A stretch of 64,000 bases of DNA from Myxococcota bacterium (GCA_963676915.2 CAXXVK010000019.1:26433-90432), one strand, 5' to 3'; shown: positions 20,206-30,407, numbered from the stretch's first letter. Program-made: numbers and translations. Notes: generated from the sequence alone by a model not told the origin.

Positions 20206-21522
20206 ATGTTTCAAACGCAACGACCGAAACCATTGATTGGATTCAAACGATTTGTTCTCGTGATTTGTGTGTTCTTTCTGGGATTCGGTTCTTTGGCATA
20301 TGCTCAGGAACCTACAGACGAAAAAAGCAAAGTGGAGCCTGCCTCACAACCGCTGAAAGCAAAGCCTCTCAAGCTGGAAAGCTCCGACGGCAGGTTGTCG
20401 ATGGTCTTCGGCTTTGCGGCACAAATGCAATATGACGCTACTTGGAGCAACGTCAATGAGGCGAATGCTTCCAAAACGTCGTTTGACCATCTGTTCACTT
20501 TCAAAAGAATTCAGCCGAGTATCAAAGGTCATTTGTTCAGTAAAGACCTTACCTACAAATTCCAAATAGAAACGATTCCCGGAAAAATCACCCTGATGGA
20601 CCTGTTCCTCGATTACAAAGCCAACGAGCAGGTTCGGTTCCGTATGGGTGCTCACAAGCCTGGATTCTCTCGTAAGCGTATGAATTCATGGAAGAATCAA
20701 CAGTTGGTCGATTTTTCCAACGCTCCGCGATACTACGGCACCGAGAGGGCGCTTGGACTCACGATGCACAACGGATACGGCAAAAAAACCGAGCATGAAT
20801 ACGAGATCGGTGTGTACGGCGGTATGCCTTGGCGTCCCAATTGCGCCAAAGGAATCGCTACCGTCAGCAAACGAGGCATGGACAATCCAAGCCTCTTATC
20901 CGATAAAAGCAAGCCGTACAACGAGCTTCACCCGGAAATCATCGGCCATTACGCCTATAACGCCAACGGGATCGATGTGTCCACCGAAACAGACTGGGAG
21001 AGACGAGACTTTCGCTATTCTCTAGGTATCGGTTTTTCTTACGATTTCCGCCCCCAACCGTTCCGTGATCCAGCAGCGCGCACGGCGGTCGAAGCGATGA
21101 TCAAGTCCCACGGATTCAACTTTTTCGGAACGTTCTTCACGGCTTTCCACGATCCTAAATCCGGCCTTGCCACGGACATCGAACCGGCATTTATCGGTGG
21201 ATTCGCGCAGGTGGGATACCTCTTCCCGGTTCCGGTCGAAGTGGCCTTGCGCTATTTCGGCAACATGACGATGAAAGATTTTCGGGACAGTTCCAAAGCC
21301 AATGCCACGGCACAAATCGCGGCTGATGCCGCCCTGGCGAGCCAGTACAAAGGCGCGGGCGACTTGAAAAGCGAGCATGAGCTTGCCGCCGGTTTCAATT
21401 ATTACCCCTTCGGTCGTCACGTAAAGCTGGCTACGGACGTTAGCTGGATCATGAAGGATTACGACTCCAAAGATGCTCAAAGCGACGCCCGCTGGCGAAT
21501 GCTGATGCAGTTCTACTTCTAA
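20206..21522 (+). CDS. Outer-membrane porin (OprO/OprP-like anion porin)
   Basis: Signal peptide; FTFKRIQPSIKG, LMDLFLDY, RMGAHKPGFS, GFNYY, C-terminal MQFYF; AAGGAG SD. Confidence 0.75.
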   Translation: MFQTQRPKPLIGFKRFVLVICVFFLGFGSLAYAQEPTDEKSKVEPASQPLKAKPLKLESSDGRLSMVFGFAAQMQYDATWSNVNEANASKTSFDHLFTFKRIQPSIKGHLFSKDLTYKFQIETIPGKITLMDLFLDYKANEQVRFRMGAHKPGFSRKRMNSWKNQQLVDFSNAPRYYGTERALGLTMHNGYGKKTEHEYEIGVYGGMPWRPNCAKGIATVSKRGMDNPSLLSDKSKPYNELHPEIIGHYAYNANGIDVSTETDWERRDFRYSLGIGFSYDFRPQPFRDPAARTAVEAMIKSHGFNFFGTFFTAFHDPKSGLATDIEPAFIGGFAQVGYLFPVPVEVALRYFGNMTMKDFRDSSKANATAQIAADAALASQYKGAGDLKSEHELAAGFNYYPFGRHVKLATDVSWIMKDYDSKDAQSDARWRMLMQFYF

Positions 21523-21556
21523 AATCCCATAAACCTCCCAAAAAGGAGCCTACAAA

Positions 21557-22912
21557 ATGAAACGAGCGGTGAACCTGGCGGTATTTGTCTTATTGACGGC
21601 GATGTTGGTGCTGGCCACGGGATCTCTGGCCAGTGTACATGCACAGGCCGATGGCGGATCGACTTCCTTGATTCGTAACGAGATGCCCGAGCGTATTCAA
21701 CAGGCGATTCAAAAGAGCCTTGAAAATCCCACCCATGCGGCGAAAACGAAAGAAGTAATCAAACCGGCAGAAAATCCGGGGCTTTTCGGTATTCCCGGCG
21801 CTCCGAATCCCTCCTATTTTCTGGGGTTCCTCTGGGCTATCTGGGTTGGTTGGATCTTTTCGACGGTCGGTGCATTCGGTGGAATCATGGCCGGTGTCGG
21901 GCACATCACGATTTTCGGTCTGGGTGATTACGCCAAAAGCTTTGGCAGCGGAAATCCGCTGAACAAGCTGTTGACCGATAGCATTCGCGTGTCCAACCAA
22001 TGGCTTGTGGGAATCAGCGGAGCGATTTCGAGTTTCAACTACTACAAAATGAAACGGTTGGTTCTACCGATTGCCGTTAGCCTCGCGGTGGGGTCTGTTG
22101 CCGGTTCCTACTTGGCCCCGCGACTGACCGCCGGACAGGTCAACCTTAAAGACTACCTGGGATTTTTCGGGCTGATCGTGTTGATTCTCGGAGGGTACCT
22201 GTTTTACCAGACGACGCCTCGTGGGCGTGCCAAGCAGAAAGCGGCCAAAGCAGCGGCTGAAGCTTTTGAAAAAGCCCAGAAAGAAAAGAAATCCGACGAT
22301 GACAGCGTAGAAGGCGTAGAAGTGCTGGAAGGCAGCATGGGGATGATGTTCGGAGCCTTGGCGCTCGTACTTGTCGGCGTTTTGTTCGGAAACCTTGGAG
22401 AAAATCTGTTCGAAGGCGCGTTGTACGTAAGTTACGGCATCGTCGGCTTGGGATTGTCTCTGATGTTTTTCCTTCCCAAGAAAAACATCCGTTTCACATT
22501 CTTCGGTGTCGAGTTCGGATTCAAAGCGTACATTCCCGCCGTAGGTGGTTTTTTTATCGCCGCTATCGCCAGTTTCCTGGGGGTTGGCGGTGGATTCCTG
22601 CTGGTTCCTTTCCTGACCAGCGTGGCAGGATTGCCGATGTTCCTGGTTGCCGGAACCAGTGCGCTGGCCGTGCTCGTCGGGATGATCGTCAGTATCTTCA
22701 CCTACATCGTGGGTAAGGGCGTTATCGTTCCCTGGACGTTGATCGGTGTGGAATTGATCGGAATTTTCGTCGGTTCGATGATCGGACCGCGAACTCAGAA
22801 ATACATCCCCGATATCTGGCTGAAACGGCTGTTTATCGTCCTCGCATTTTATGTGGGTATTCGATACTGCACGAAGGGCTTTTTGGGATACAGCATTCTT
22901 CCGCCGTTTTGA
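21557..22912 (+). CDS. TauE/SafE (TSUP) family sulfur-oxyanion transporter
   Basis: Multiple TM segments; VGAFGGIMAG and FLGVGGGFLLVPFL...VAGTS repeats. Confidence 0.88.
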   Translation: MKRAVNLAVFVLLTAMLVLATGSLASVHAQADGGSTSLIRNEMPERIQQAIQKSLENPTHAAKTKEVIKPAENPGLFGIPGAPNPSYFLGFLWAIWVGWIFSTVGAFGGIMAGVGHITIFGLGDYAKSFGSGNPLNKLLTDSIRVSNQWLVGISGAISSFNYYKMKRLVLPIAVSLAVGSVAGSYLAPRLTAGQVNLKDYLGFFGLIVLILGGYLFYQTTPRGRAKQKAAKAAAEAFEKAQKEKKSDDDSVEGVEVLEGSMGMMFGALALVLVGVLFGNLGENLFEGALYVSYGIVGLGLSLMFFLPKKNIRFTFFGVEFGFKAYIPAVGGFFIAAIASFLGVGGGFLLVPFLTSVAGLPMFLVAGTSALAVLVGMIVSIFTYIVGKGVIVPWTLIGVELIGIFVGSMIGPRTQKYIPDIWLKRLFIVLAFYVGIRYCTKGFLGYSILPPF

Positions 22913-22936
22913 TCGTCAGAAAGAGGAGCGGCCTGC

Positions 22937-23458
22937 ATGAGCACTCTGGAACATATCATCTTTCAGCCGTTTCTCTGGGTCGGCGAGCCGATCTCGGCCT
23001 TTTGGCTGGGATCGGCGACGCTGGCTCTTATCGCTCTTGCCATGGGACAGGTTACGGCCAAAGTTGCGTTGGCGGTGAACGGGAGTCATCTCGACCGTCA
23101 TGTTGCAGATGCCCAGTCCTATGAAAACACGTATCTGGAGATGCTGAAGCAGGGTGAGGCGGAACATCGTTCCGGTGTCAACCAATTGGCGAACGAAGCT
23201 TTCGGCAAGGCGTTTTTCATGGGGATTGCCATTAGCGCCGCCAGTCTCTGGCCATTGTTTCTCGCCGCCGGGTGGATCGACGCACGTTTTGCGGGGATAC
23301 GTCTTCCCATCGCAGGATTGAATACGAGTCTGAGCAATATTGCTCCATTGATTATTGCCTATATCGTTTTTTACATTCTTTTCGTAAAAATGGGTAAAAT
23401 GATGCGAAAATTCCGAACGAGTCGTGCCGATACCAGTGGAAAACGAGGTGACCGATGA
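22937..23458 (+). CDS. Hypothetical membrane protein in the molybdoenzyme operon
   Basis: Three hydrophobic segments; AGGAG SD; stop overlaps the next start. Confidence 0.7.
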   Translation: MSTLEHIIFQPFLWVGEPISAFWLGSATLALIALAMGQVTAKVALAVNGSHLDRHVADAQSYENTYLEMLKQGEAEHRSGVNQLANEAFGKAFFMGIAISAASLWPLFLAAGWIDARFAGIRLPIAGLNTSLSNIAPLIIAYIVFYILFVKMGKMMRKFRTSRADTSGKRGDR

Positions 23459-25545
23459 GGAAGTCTGTTTATACGTTGTGTGGAATGTGTTCGGTTCGCT
23501 GTCCGATTCGTTGCGAAGTCGAAGACGGTCGCGTCGTCTGGGTGGAAGGAAATCCCTATCTTTTGGACGGAGCATTGTGCGGCAAAGGTTCCGCCGGTCC
23601 GAACATGATCTATCGCGAGGAACGTCCGCAAGGACCGATGATTCGTCAGGGAAAACGCGGCAGCGGACAATGGAAACGAGTAGGCTGGGATGAAGCCCTG
23701 GACTATACGGCCGAAAAGCTTTCGAAAATTATCGAAAGGTTCGGTGGACGCTCGGTGCTGTTCAGTTGTCGAGGCGGTCCTTTTCAGGATTTGCCGAAAA
23801 CGTTTCTAAAAGCATTGGGATCGCCCAATTACACCAACCACGATGCTGCGTGCGGAATCAACGTTCATCACGCAAGTCAGTCGGTGTATGGTTTGGGTCG
23901 AAAAGGTTTCGGGTATGACATCAAGAATGCGAAGCATCTGGTTGTGCTCGGACGGAACCTGTTGGAATCGCTGCAAGTCGGCGAAGCTCGCAATGTGATC
24001 CACGCACTGAAAAACGGGATGAAACTCACGTACATCGACGTACGGGCGACGGTTACGGCGAGCAAGGCGTCACGGTTCTGGATGATTCGTCCCGGTACGG
24101 ATTACGCGCTGCTTCTTGGACTGATTCGCGAAATTCTCGAACAAAAAGCCTACGATGTAGATTTTATATCCAAATATACCCTTGGTCTGGACTATTTGGA
24201 GGCGTCCACCAAACATTACACGCCTGAGTGGGTCGAGCATCAGACCGGCATTCCCGCCGAGCAGATTCGGGAATTCGTTCGGGAAATCGCAGGGCAGCGT
24301 CCTCAGGTGATTTTCCATCCTGGGTGGATGTTTTCCCGGTATCGCAACAGTTTTTACGTCAGTCGTGCGCTTCACATCCTGAATGTCCTGATGGGTAATA
24401 TCGAAGTCGAAGGCGGACAGATTTTGATGAAAGGCATGTCGGATGCCGGATACGAAGGTTTAAACGCTCTAGCGGATCGTCTGCCGTCACCGAGAGACAA
24501 GCGGGCTGATGGAGTTGGCTGGAAATACAAGCATTTCGATTCCGGTCCGGGATTGTACCAGCTATTTCAGAACGCCATCATGAACGGCGAACCGTATCCG
24601 TTGAAAGCTTACTTCTTTTATCGGCATGACCCGCTTGTCTGTTTCCCGGACCGGGAAGCGCAACTTACGATGCTGGATCGTATGGACTTGCTGGTGTCCA
24701 TCGATGCCAAATATGGTGAAACGACCTGGTACGCCGACGTAATTTTACCAAACTCGACATATCTGGAAAAAGGATCGCCGATTGCTGTCAAAAAAGGGCC
24801 GAAACCACTATTGATTCGGCGCAAGCAAGTTGTCGAGCCGGTTCACGACAGCAAACCCGAATGGTGGATTTTCAAAGAGTTGGCCAAACGACTTGGCCAT
24901 GCCGAGGCTTTCCCTTACGAAACCGTTGAGGATCTCTGGCGTTTTCAACTCGAAGGAACTGGGATCGAACTGGAGGATTTCGACGAGAAGGGTTATGTCC
25001 AACTGGCGGACGAATCGATTATGGCAGATCGGGAGACACTAAAATTTTCCACGCCAAGCGGGAAAATCGAATTTAAATCCGGCAAGCTCGATGATGCCGG
25101 ATTTGAATCCTTGCCCCCCTATCAGGAACCGGAAACACCACCGGAACAGGCGTTTCGGCTCATTTTCGGACGACATGCGATTCATGCACACGCACACACC
25201 CAAAACAATGAATATCTTCACGAGGTTATGCCGCACAACCAGCTATGGATCAACAGCGAAAAAGCCAAGGAACTGGATATCCGTTCCGGTGATGACGTGT
25301 TGGTCAGTTGCATGGGTGGCGCTACCCGATTCAAGACCAAAGCCATGGTGACCGATGCCATCCATCCCGATGCTGTGTTTACCTATCATGGATTCGGGCG
25401 TACGGTGCCGATTCTCAAACGGGCTTATGCCTGTGGAATGGCGGACCAGCGGCTTTGCAAAGGAAAACTGACCGATTTCGATCCGGTCGGTGGGGGTATC
25501 GCCAATCAGGAAACGTTCGTGAAGATTCGCAAGATTGCGTCATAA
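23455..25545 (+). CDS. Molybdopterin oxidoreductase catalytic subunit (PsrA/PhsA-like), no Tat signal
   Basis: N-terminal CGMCSVRC...LCGKG [4Fe-4S]; WKRVGWDEAL; NHDAAC putative Mo-ligand Cys; IRPGTDYA; ADVILP..TYLE; TPSGKIEF. Confidence 0.92.
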   Translation: MRKSVYTLCGMCSVRCPIRCEVEDGRVVWVEGNPYLLDGALCGKGSAGPNMIYREERPQGPMIRQGKRGSGQWKRVGWDEALDYTAEKLSKIIERFGGRSVLFSCRGGPFQDLPKTFLKALGSPNYTNHDAACGINVHHASQSVYGLGRKGFGYDIKNAKHLVVLGRNLLESLQVGEARNVIHALKNGMKLTYIDVRATVTASKASRFWMIRPGTDYALLLGLIREILEQKAYDVDFISKYTLGLDYLEASTKHYTPEWVEHQTGIPAEQIREFVREIAGQRPQVIFHPGWMFSRYRNSFYVSRALHILNVLMGNIEVEGGQILMKGMSDAGYEGLNALADRLPSPRDKRADGVGWKYKHFDSGPGLYQLFQNAIMNGEPYPLKAYFFYRHDPLVCFPDREAQLTMLDRMDLLVSIDAKYGETTWYADVILPNSTYLEKGSPIAVKKGPKPLLIRRKQVVEPVHDSKPEWWIFKELAKRLGHAEAFPYETVEDLWRFQLEGTGIELEDFDEKGYVQLADESIMADRETLKFSTPSGKIEFKSGKLDDAGFESLPPYQEPETPPEQAFRLIFGRHAIHAHAHTQNNEYLHEVMPHNQLWINSEKAKELDIRSGDDVLVSCMGGATRFKTKAMVTDAIHPDAVFTYHGFGRTVPILKRAYACGMADQRLCKGKLTDFDPVGGGIANQETFVKIRKIAS

Positions 25546-25555
25546 GGGATGAATT

Positions 25556-26029
25556 ATGGGAAAATATCGTATCCATCATGATGTGGAAACCTGCATCGGC
25601 TGCTATGCCTGCGAAATTCATTGCAAGGCGAACAAGCAGCTTTGCGAGGGGCCTAGGCTATGCCGCATTTTTCCCCACGGACCTTCCTGGGATGAAGAAG
25701 GCATTCCGAAAATGGCTTTCGTTTTCATCACTTGCCTGCATTGTGAAAAAGCCTGGTGCGTGTCGGCCTGTCCCTCTGGTGCCATTCGAAAACGGCCCGA
25801 GGATGGCATCGTTTACGTTGATTCCGAAGCCTGTATCGGTTGTCGTTTGTGCATGCACGCCTGTCCTTGGGGAATTCCGCAATACGACGAAAAGCAGCAC
25901 AAAGTCGTCAAATGCGACCTTTGCAAAGATCGCATCGATAAAGGGTTGAAACCGGCCTGTGTTTCGAACTGTGTCACGGGAAGTCTTACGCTCGATGTGC
26001 TCCACCCAGAGAACCGGGAGGGAAAATGA
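25556..26029 (+). CDS. 4Fe-4S electron-transfer subunit (DmsB/PsrB-like)
   Basis: CIGCYACEIHC, CLHCEKAWCVSACP, CIGCRLCMHACP, KCDLC...PACVSNC. Confidence 0.93.
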   Translation: MGKYRIHHDVETCIGCYACEIHCKANKQLCEGPRLCRIFPHGPSWDEEGIPKMAFVFITCLHCEKAWCVSACPSGAIRKRPEDGIVYVDSEACIGCRLCMHACPWGIPQYDEKQHKVVKCDLCKDRIDKGLKPACVSNCVTGSLTLDVLHPENREGK

Positions 26030-27879
26030 ACGGAACTAAAACCAACACGCCGGCACCATGCCAGGCAGCTTGTCCCGCCGGAATCGATGTTCCAAGCTAT
26101 GTCGCTCTGATCGGCCATGCCCGCTACCGTGAAGCGATCGATCTGATTCGAAGAGACAACCCGTTTCCTTGGGTTTGTGGCCTTGTTTGTCCGCATCCTT
26201 GCGAATCTGCCTGTGTCAAAGGCTATCAGGATGCGCCGATTTCGATTCGCGCTCTCAAAGGTTTTGTAGCTTCGACCGTTGAAAAGCTGGAAAACGAGGT
26301 GGTTTATCATGCACCGTCTCGTTTTTTGGGGAAAGTGGCGGTGATCGGCTCCGGTCCCGCCGGACTCACGGCAGCCTATTTTCTCGCGAAAATGGACTAC
26401 AAAGTAACCATGTTCGAGGCTTTGCCCGTTGCGGGAGGGATGATGGCGGTGGGGATTCCGGCGTATCGTCTGCCGCGCCACGTTCTGGAAAAAGAGATTC
26501 GGAATATCGAGAACCACGGCGTGGAAATCCGCCTGAATACTCCCGTTGGTGGTGATGTGACCCTGAAAAGCCTGAGGGAAGATGGATACCAGGCCATTTT
26601 CGTCGCTTCCGGAGCGCACCATTCGAATGTGATGCGTGTGGATGGCGAATCCGATTACTCGCAGGTTGTCAGTGCTACGGAATTTCTGAAAAGCCAGCAG
26701 ATCGGTCACCGTGAGCGACTGGGTAAACGAGTCGTCGTGATTGGTGGTGGCAATAGCGCTTTCGATGCGGCACGGACCTCACTTCGTCTGGGAAGTAGCG
26801 ACGTGCACTTGCTTTATCGACGCACCCGGCAGGAAATGCCCGCCCTGGAAGAAGAAATCGAACAGGCGGAAGAAGAAGGCGTTCGGATTCACTATCTTAC
26901 GATGCCTACACGCGTTGTTGGAGATGGTGTTTCCGTGGTGGGTATAGAATGTCTTAAAGCTGAATTGGGCGCGGCGGACCGTTCTGGCCGCCAACGTCCC
27001 GTGCCGGTGCAAGGGTCCGATTTCACGATTGAAGCTGACGGAGTGATTGTCGCCATCGGTCAATCTCCCGACATGGAATGGCTGGATAAAAATGAGGCGA
27101 TGGAGTTGACGAAGTGGGGAAATCCGATCGTCAACCGCTACAGTCAGCAGACCTCTATACCGGACGTTTTCGCCGGAGGTGATGCCGTATCCGGTCCTGC
27201 TACGGTAATTGAAGCTGTGGCGATGGGGAAACGTGCGGCGCATTCCATTGACAAGTATATCCGGGGACTTCCCTTGCCGGATCGACCTGAGCAGGCTGCT
27301 CCACGCATGAAGGTGGAAACGATTAAGCTGGAGGCCAAAGACAAAGTACGAATTCCTCCCGCGCCGATTCCTCTTCTTCCTGTCGATGAGAGGATTCTTG
27401 GATTCGAGCAGATCGAATGCGAGTGGGATGAGGATCGCGCTCGTGACGAAGCTCGACGTTGTTTACGTTGCGACTTGTGTATCGGTTGCGGCGAATGCGC
27501 CCGAATCTGTCGTACGAAAGTGGAAGTCGATGCCTTGCGCTTCGTGGATGCCGGTGGGGATCGGGTGGTGATCGCGGATATGCTTCGTCCACAGGACAAA
27601 TGTATCGGTTGTGGAAGCTGTGCCAATGTCTGCCCAACCGGGGCGATCAAAATCGTGGACGAAGGTCATACTCGGAAACTGGTCAAATGCGGAGCGACGC
27701 TGGCCAAGCTCGAACTGTTGCAATGTTCCAGTTGTGGCGCTTTATTCACGACCAAACGCATGATGGAGTACATCAAACGTGTGGTCGATGCCGATCGCAA
27801 ACGCGAGCTGGCTCGGATGCTTTGTCCCGATTGCGCTCGGAAAAAACATGCCGATCACCTTGCTATGCGGCACCTGTAA
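26026..27879 (+). CDS. GltD/SudA-like FAD/NAD(P)H oxidoreductase with additional C-terminal 4Fe-4S clusters
   Basis: PCQAACP, CGLVCPHPCESAC, GSGPAG, GGGNSAFD, YRRTR, FAGGD, RCLRC, CIGCGECARIC, CIGCGSCANVCP, CSSC..CPDC. Confidence 0.92.
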   Translation: MNGTKTNTPAPCQAACPAGIDVPSYVALIGHARYREAIDLIRRDNPFPWVCGLVCPHPCESACVKGYQDAPISIRALKGFVASTVEKLENEVVYHAPSRFLGKVAVIGSGPAGLTAAYFLAKMDYKVTMFEALPVAGGMMAVGIPAYRLPRHVLEKEIRNIENHGVEIRLNTPVGGDVTLKSLREDGYQAIFVASGAHHSNVMRVDGESDYSQVVSATEFLKSQQIGHRERLGKRVVVIGGGNSAFDAARTSLRLGSSDVHLLYRRTRQEMPALEEEIEQAEEEGVRIHYLTMPTRVVGDGVSVVGIECLKAELGAADRSGRQRPVPVQGSDFTIEADGVIVAIGQSPDMEWLDKNEAMELTKWGNPIVNRYSQQTSIPDVFAGGDAVSGPATVIEAVAMGKRAAHSIDKYIRGLPLPDRPEQAAPRMKVETIKLEAKDKVRIPPAPIPLLPVDERILGFEQIECEWDEDRARDEARRCLRCDLCIGCGECARICRTKVEVDALRFVDAGGDRVVIADMLRPQDKCIGCGSCANVCPTGAIKIVDEGHTRKLVKCGATLAKLELLQCSSCGALFTTKRMMEYIKRVVDADRKRELARMLCPDCARKKHADHLAMRHL

Positions 27880-27884
27880 ACGGA

Positions 27885-28529
27885 TCAAATGTCGATAAAC
27901 CATCCGATTTTCAACGAGATTTCTCCCATGATCGGAAATGGATCGTAGGTTTTGCCTGCTAGGGTAACGTCTGGTGAATTCATGGTGACGTGACCTGCAA
28001 CCCATGGTTCGATGTAAAAATTCCCGTATACGCGCCAGATATATCCGCCGCCGATGGTCCAGACGACGTTCGACCATTCGGCTTGTTGTCCTGGAGCTTT
28101 TTCGTGTCCGATCGTGTTTTGCCAGTATTCGAAGCCGGTGCCGATCCACCACTCGTCGAAATGGCTACCAAACACATAATCGACGATGACCGCCCCAACG
28201 GTAGTGCTTTTGTCCTCGAAACCGTTTTGGGCAGCGATCCAATTCGGTAAAGAAAAAGAACCCCCGACGAGACGAAGCCGTATTGGTTCGATGCCTACCC
28301 AGATTTGACCGGTCATACCGAATTCTTCACTCATCGCAGACATGGCGATGGGGAGAAGGTCCAAGGTGAAACCCAAGGCCATATCACGATTCTGAGTCAA
28401 AGAGAGATTTCTCGTAGAATTGGAAATCTTGGGATCGATAAGGGTTTTCTCGGTTCGTTCTCTGGCTTGCAGTGTCGAGTTGAAAAAAAGCAAAAGCACG
28501 AAAATTACAGCATAAAAGTACTGTTTCAT
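27885..28529 (-). CDS. Small outer-membrane beta-barrel protein
   Basis: Signal peptide; amphipathic strands GGGYIWRVYGNFYIEPW; C-terminal KIGWF. Confidence 0.7.
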   Translation of the reverse strand: MKQYFYAVIFVLLLFFNSTLQARERTEKTLIDPKISNSTRNLSLTQNRDMALGFTLDLLPIAMSAMSEEFGMTGQIWVGIEPIRLRLVGGSFSLPNWIAAQNGFEDKSTTVGAVIVDYVFGSHFDEWWIGTGFEYWQNTIGHEKAPGQQAEWSNVVWTIGGGYIWRVYGNFYIEPWVAGHVTMNSPDVTLAGKTYDPFPIMGEISLKIGWFIDI

Positions 28530-29713
28530 TGGATTTTTCCTTCCAGGTTAAGGATTTGTCCGACCGAGCGGCGGGGACTGACGGGGGCAGGGAAACTTTC
28601 GACCGTTCCGCAACGTAGGATAAACTGAACAGGATTCGAAAATCCGAGATCGATTGCCAATTCTTCTCGCCAAGGAGTTTCTTCAAGCGCTTGAGACATG
28701 GGATGCAGGGCCAGGTGTTGTTCTTGCGCTGCCAGTGCGAGCCGTTGGAAACGTCGGCCTGTATCGATGAGTTCGGCTACGGAATCTCCCTGACTTTCCA
28801 GAACTAACCAACCCGCGCCTTCATTGGATTGTTTTTCCGTTTTTTCAATACCTTTCTGGCGAAAATCCGCAGAAAGGACATCCGAAGGTTTGTAAAAATG
28901 TCGAACAATCCACCCAGCGAAACCTTCAATTTCCATAGACGCTGGAGTCAAGCCATCACGGTGCTTTGCAATGTCTTTTTCGGAAAATCGTATCCATCGC
29001 GATAGTTCCGCCTGCGCTTTGTCGTTTTGGGTTTGCTGGCGAAACGCATCGCATGTTGCTTCCGCAATTCGTTTGGACATAGCGGAGTTGAGAGGAAAAT
29101 AGCGAAACGAAGTTTGAGTTTTTTTGCGCAATCTGGTGATAAAAGCCGAATTCAGTTCATGGTTGATTAAACCCTCGCGAAGGGTGCGGCGTGATTCCAG
29201 TTGACGAGACGAAAAGATCGTTTTGGAACACGATGTTTTGAAGTCAACACGGACTTCCCAAGGTGAAGAGGGTTGGGCATTCGGTAGGGATAGCTCTGGC
29301 GATAAACCGTGCAAAGCTGCGGCGATATGCAAACTTTCGAGAAATGCTCCGACAGAGAGACAAAGTTCGCGTCGATTCGGATCGATTATCGGTAAGCATC
29401 TTGGTGGGTCGGGAGAGACGATCCAATGGTGATCGTCAAGAATTTTGACATTCCACGGTTGTGAATTATGGCTACTGGGTGCCAACGAAGCCAACCGAAG
29501 AATTTCAACTGATTCCGGAGATAAACCGAAGCTTGCGTTTTTGGCTTGTCGGTGTTCCTGCCGTAAATCAGAAGAGGAAGCACAGGCCTGCAAATCCGGT
29601 AAAAGCAGCAACCCAACTCCTCCAATGCAAAGCGACTGAAGCAAATGGCGACGAGTGGGATTGATAGGTGTTTCATCAAAGTTTTTCGGTACTTGAAAAG
29701 TTGGGGACAACAT
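28526..29713 (-). CDS. Acg-like nitroreductase-family protein with a probable Tat/lipoprotein signal
   Basis: RRHLL + hydrophobic stretch + LQAC; APSSHNSQPW; RRT; HPMSQALE; start uncertain (an operator overlaps the longer ORF start at 29755). Confidence 0.85.
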   Translation of the reverse strand: MLSPTFQVPKNFDETPINPTRRHLLQSLCIGGVGLLLLPDLQACASSSDLRQEHRQAKNASFGLSPESVEILRLASLAPSSHNSQPWNVKILDDHHWIVSPDPPRCLPIIDPNRRELCLSVGAFLESLHIAAALHGLSPELSLPNAQPSSPWEVRVDFKTSCSKTIFSSRQLESRRTLREGLINHELNSAFITRLRKKTQTSFRYFPLNSAMSKRIAEATCDAFRQQTQNDKAQAELSRWIRFSEKDIAKHRDGLTPASMEIEGFAGWIVRHFYKPSDVLSADFRQKGIEKTEKQSNEGAGWLVLESQGDSVAELIDTGRRFQRLALAAQEQHLALHPMSQALEETPWREELAIDLGFSNPVQFILRCGTVESFPAPVSPRRSVGQILNLEGKIQ

Positions 29714-29728
29714 AAGCGATACCTCTAA

Positions 29729-29744
29729 GTCACTGAGGGGTGAC
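29729..29744. promoter_or_regulatory. Putative TetR operator GTCACTGAGGGGTGAC
   Basis: Same GTCAC-N6-GTGAC palindrome as the two sites upstream of tetR. Confidence 0.7.
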
Positions 29745-29759
29745 AATGCGGACAAAAAA

Positions 29760-30353
29760 TTATTTGAATACGGTTTCCACCAATTTTTCTATCGCTTTGG
29801 TGAGGCGTTTGGCTCCCTCGTCGGTATTCAATTCGATTCCAAGATACACATCCGCCGTTTTTCCTCGAAGTACGAGGTACGAAATACCTGCGTGTAGGAT
29901 TGCTGCCATGGCTGCGAGGTCGCGATCATCGTCAGGGTTGCCATTCGGAAGCTGTTGCAGGATCTCCATGCCTTGTTGTTCACGGAAGCGGGCCAATTCG
30001 TCAGTAAGTTCGTTTCGTTCCAGCAACTCCCACCTCATGATTTCCTGAGTCGTGGGTCGTTGTCGAAGTTCCCGGAAATGTCCTAGCAAAATGGCTTTTC
30101 CAGCTTCCATCAGGTTTCCAAAACGTTCCATGGGTTTTCCCAATAACTCTCCCAGAGATGGCCAGAAATTTCCCTGGCTGGCAAATTGGCGCAGCAATTC
30201 AGGTAACCCACCGAAATAGCGGTAGATCAAAACCTTATCGACACCAGCTTCGCGAGCAATGGCGTTGATGCCTATACCGCCGAAACCTTTTTGCGACAAC
30301 AGCTTGCCGACCGCTTCAACGATTTTCTTTTTGGTTTGTTCCGTATCACGCAT
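29760..30353 (-). CDS. TetR/AcrR family transcriptional regulator
   Basis: HTH GINAIAREAGVDKVLIYRYFGG. Confidence 0.95.
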   Translation of the reverse strand: MRDTEQTKKKIVEAVGKLLSQKGFGGIGINAIAREAGVDKVLIYRYFGGLPELLRQFASQGNFWPSLGELLGKPMERFGNLMEAGKAILLGHFRELRQRPTTQEIMRWELLERNELTDELARFREQQGMEILQQLPNGNPDDDRDLAAMAAILHAGISYLVLRGKTADVYLGIELNTDEGAKRLTKAIEKLVETVFK

Positions 30354-30367
30354 GGTTTCCTCTTGAA

Positions 30368-30407
30368 GTCACTGTGTGGTGACAAAAATATGTCACTAGC
30401 AGGTGAC
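30368..30407. promoter_or_regulatory. Tandem putative TetR operators GTCACTGTGTGGTGAC (30368-30383) and GTCACTAGCAGGTGAC (30392-30407)
   Basis: Two palindromes directly upstream of the tetR start, next to a minus-strand TTGACA. Confidence 0.75.
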
